Part shown: piece by piece, positions 62,350 to 64,000 of the stretch
How the letters are laid out: every line of letters starts with the position of its first letter
Position numbering within the stretch: the stretch's first letter is position 1
Assembly (NCBI GenBank): GCA_963846335.1
Contig: CAWJVS010000004.1
Span: 5,769-69,768 of the forward strand
Reading direction: 5' to 3'
DNA from: an uncultured Bacteroidales bacterium
GTDB lineage: Bacteria > Bacteroidota > Bacteroidia > Bacteroidales > VadinHA17
DNA length: 64,000 nucleotides
Notes under the pieces: model-generated
What the model was told of the DNA's origin: nothing
Databases searched by the model: none
The model's input: only the letters and a program-made list of their open reading frames with translations
Position numbers and translations under genes: made by a program

Positions 62350-63678
62350 TCAATTATCTGAATTTTTGATCATTAGCAGAAGATCTTCTCCGGGCGGCGA
62401 GATAATCTGCTCCACAGACTTTTTGTCAACTTTGAATTCCTTTACTATCTTTCCGGTCCTGGGATCATAGAACCTCCCTGAAAAAGATTTTCCGTCAAGA
62501 TATCCAAAATTGACAGTGACTGACTGTAATTGAGGAATATAAGATACCATCAATTTTTTATCGGAACTGACAGCAGTAGTTACAAAGTTCGGTTTTGACC
62601 AATCTCCATATCCTGAAACAACTGCCTGGTGTTTAATGTCAGGGACAAGTGTCCACCATGGTATTGATTCGAAGAACTTAATAAAATAACCCAGCTGATA
62701 AGCTCCGGGATATTTCATTATATCCCGCCAGTCAGACGGAAAATTCCACAGATCGGAACCATAAGCCTCTCCTGTTCCGCCGCTAAGGACTGTCCAGTAG
62801 GCTTGTCTTCTGATCACCTGAGGTTCCCCCATGTCATTATTAATTCTGCCGTCCCCCTCATATTGAGACTCTCCCAGTACAAATGGCATTATGTCCGATT
62901 TGCTCCATTCACGTATTGCAGCCTCATAAACATGTGGCATAAGTTCAGGAGTAATTCCTGGTTTTTCGCGCCAGTATGTGTAGATAAAGCTGAATCCAAG
63001 CCAATCGGCATACTGGAAGAGATCTGTACTCGAATGGGGAGGGGAAGCATGATAGGTCATCAACTGATGTGCGGGTGCACTTTTATAGAGGCCGTCAAAA
63101 AATGCAAACAGTGATTCTCTGTCTCCTTTCGGATCATTATCACCGCCCATTATCCACAACAGGTTATCAAATGATTCAAATTTCTTCCCGAGGTAATGCC
63201 CGTATTGCCTGTTTTTATCCGGACCATTCTTCTGAATTGGCTTATCGGGACGCCCTCCGAATCCCTCCTCACAACATCCCAGCCATGGTTGTGACATTAC
63301 AATAAGCAGACTCAGGGAATCAGCTTTATCAATTATCTTTGCAACATGGTCATAGTAAGCCTCATTTGGTCTTGAAAAGTCATTATCCCCATGAAATGGC
63401 TTCTGACCATACCGGTTAACCTGTTCCGGGAACATTACAAGTTGAACCTGGATTGTGTTAAAGCCCTGAGATTTACGAAAATTCATATATTCTACTGCTT
63501 CATCAGTTGTCAGTTGACAAAAAATTTGCCAGCCCGTATCGGCATGGTAGAGAAATGGTTTTCCATCCTGATCAACAAAATAACGGCGGTTGTCACTGAT
63601 CTTCAAGGGGAAATGAGGCTGGCTGTATATAAGTGACGCATTAACCAATGCAAGAATAATAACAAGTAATTTTTTCAT
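62350..63678 (-). CDS. DUF4038 GH140-like (apiosidase-like) secreted protein
   Basis: RYFVDQDG.PF.Y.ADT.W, R..QGFNTIQ, WIMGGD, LMTYH, LGESQYE, RRQAYW..LSG, YDPRTG. Confidence 0.82.
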   Translation of the reverse strand: MKKLLVIILALVNASLIYSQPHFPLKISDNRRYFVDQDGKPFLYHADTGWQIFCQLTTDEAVEYMNFRKSQGFNTIQVQLVMFPEQVNRYGQKPFHGDNDFSRPNEAYYDHVAKIIDKADSLSLLIVMSQPWLGCCEEGFGGRPDKPIQKNGPDKNRQYGHYLGKKFESFDNLLWIMGGDNDPKGDRESLFAFFDGLYKSAPAHQLMTYHASPPHSSTDLFQYADWLGFSFIYTYWREKPGITPELMPHVYEAAIREWSKSDIMPFVLGESQYEGDGRINNDMGEPQVIRRQAYWTVLSGGTGEAYGSDLWNFPSDWRDIMKYPGAYQLGYFIKFFESIPWWTLVPDIKHQAVVSGYGDWSKPNFVTTAVSSDKKLMVSYIPQLQSVTVNFGYLDGKSFSGRFYDPRTGKIVKEFKVDKKSVEQIISPPGEDLLLMIKNSDN

Positions 63679-63852
63679 GTATTATTACTTTTGAGTATTT
63701 GAAACAATAGGTACATCCCACCAGAATCACAAACAAAAATAAATATAATTTACAATCATTTGCGGTACCATCATACCATTGAAATCAAAATTATATTATG
63801 ATGAAATATTATGAAAATTAATTATTTTTATTTTAAATAAACCCATAGTCAA

Positions 63853-64000
63853 ATGAAAACATATTCAAGGAGAGAATTTATCGGTGCAGGTGCATTGGGA
63901 TCGCTCGCAGCAATGCATTTTAAATCAGATTTACTTTTACCTGTTTCGACACCCTTCAACTGGCCATTGAGCTTTCAGTCTTACGGCGTAAGGGAAATGA
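63853..64000 (+). CDS. Tat-exported protein, probably a sugar phosphate isomerase/epimerase TIM barrel (5' end only)
   Basis: MKTYSRREFIGAGALGSLAA...PLSFQSYGVREM, truncated by window end; not in the ORF track. Confidence 0.6.
   Translation, partial: MKTYSRREFIGAGALGSLAAMHFKSDLLLPVSTPFNWPLSFQSYGVREM

Noticed and set aside
1165-63636. Numerous short antisense or alternate-frame ORFs in the track (e.g. 4109-4552, 18275-18763, 40881-41375, 56927-57409)
   Set aside because: They lie within well-supported genes and show no protein motifs; shadow ORFs

Overview
Carbohydrate-catabolism region of a Bacteroidota genome, probably an environmental Bacteroidales (SusC/SusD pair, TAnnTTTG promoter boxes, signal peptides ending in Q). 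Many genes carry single-base frameshifts in patches, most likely long-read indel errors. There are three blocks. (1) 1-13.6 kb is a polyol/sugar-phosphate cluster: end of a ThDP E1 gene, two HADs, class II aldolase, AKR, PHP protein, aldolase-SrlD-like fusion, SorE-like reductase, PfkB, Zn-ADH and a GH38-like enzyme. (2) 13.6-47.9 kb is an unusual SusCD-centred locus with few glycosidases but paralog expansions of normally cytoplasmic enzymes carrying export signals: 5 PIG-L de-N-acylases, 3 Tat DegT aminotransferases, 3 Tat enolase-superfamily enzymes, an RraA-like aldolase, 2 esterases, Gfo/Idh/MocA, amidohydrolase, nitrilase and an M55 D-aminopeptidase. I infer a periplasmic disassembly line for N-acylated amino sugars; this is the top candidate novel system. 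(3) 47.9-64 kb is an oxidative D-apiose locus (apsD, apnL, apnO, oiaC, three GH140-like DUF4038 proteins, a transporter) plus a DoxX protein with an internal twin-arginine segment and a flavinylation-like motif. Intergenic gaps hold several families of REP-like palindromes. I saw no rRNA, tRNA, CRISPR array or transposase. All family calls are by motif recognition, not database search.
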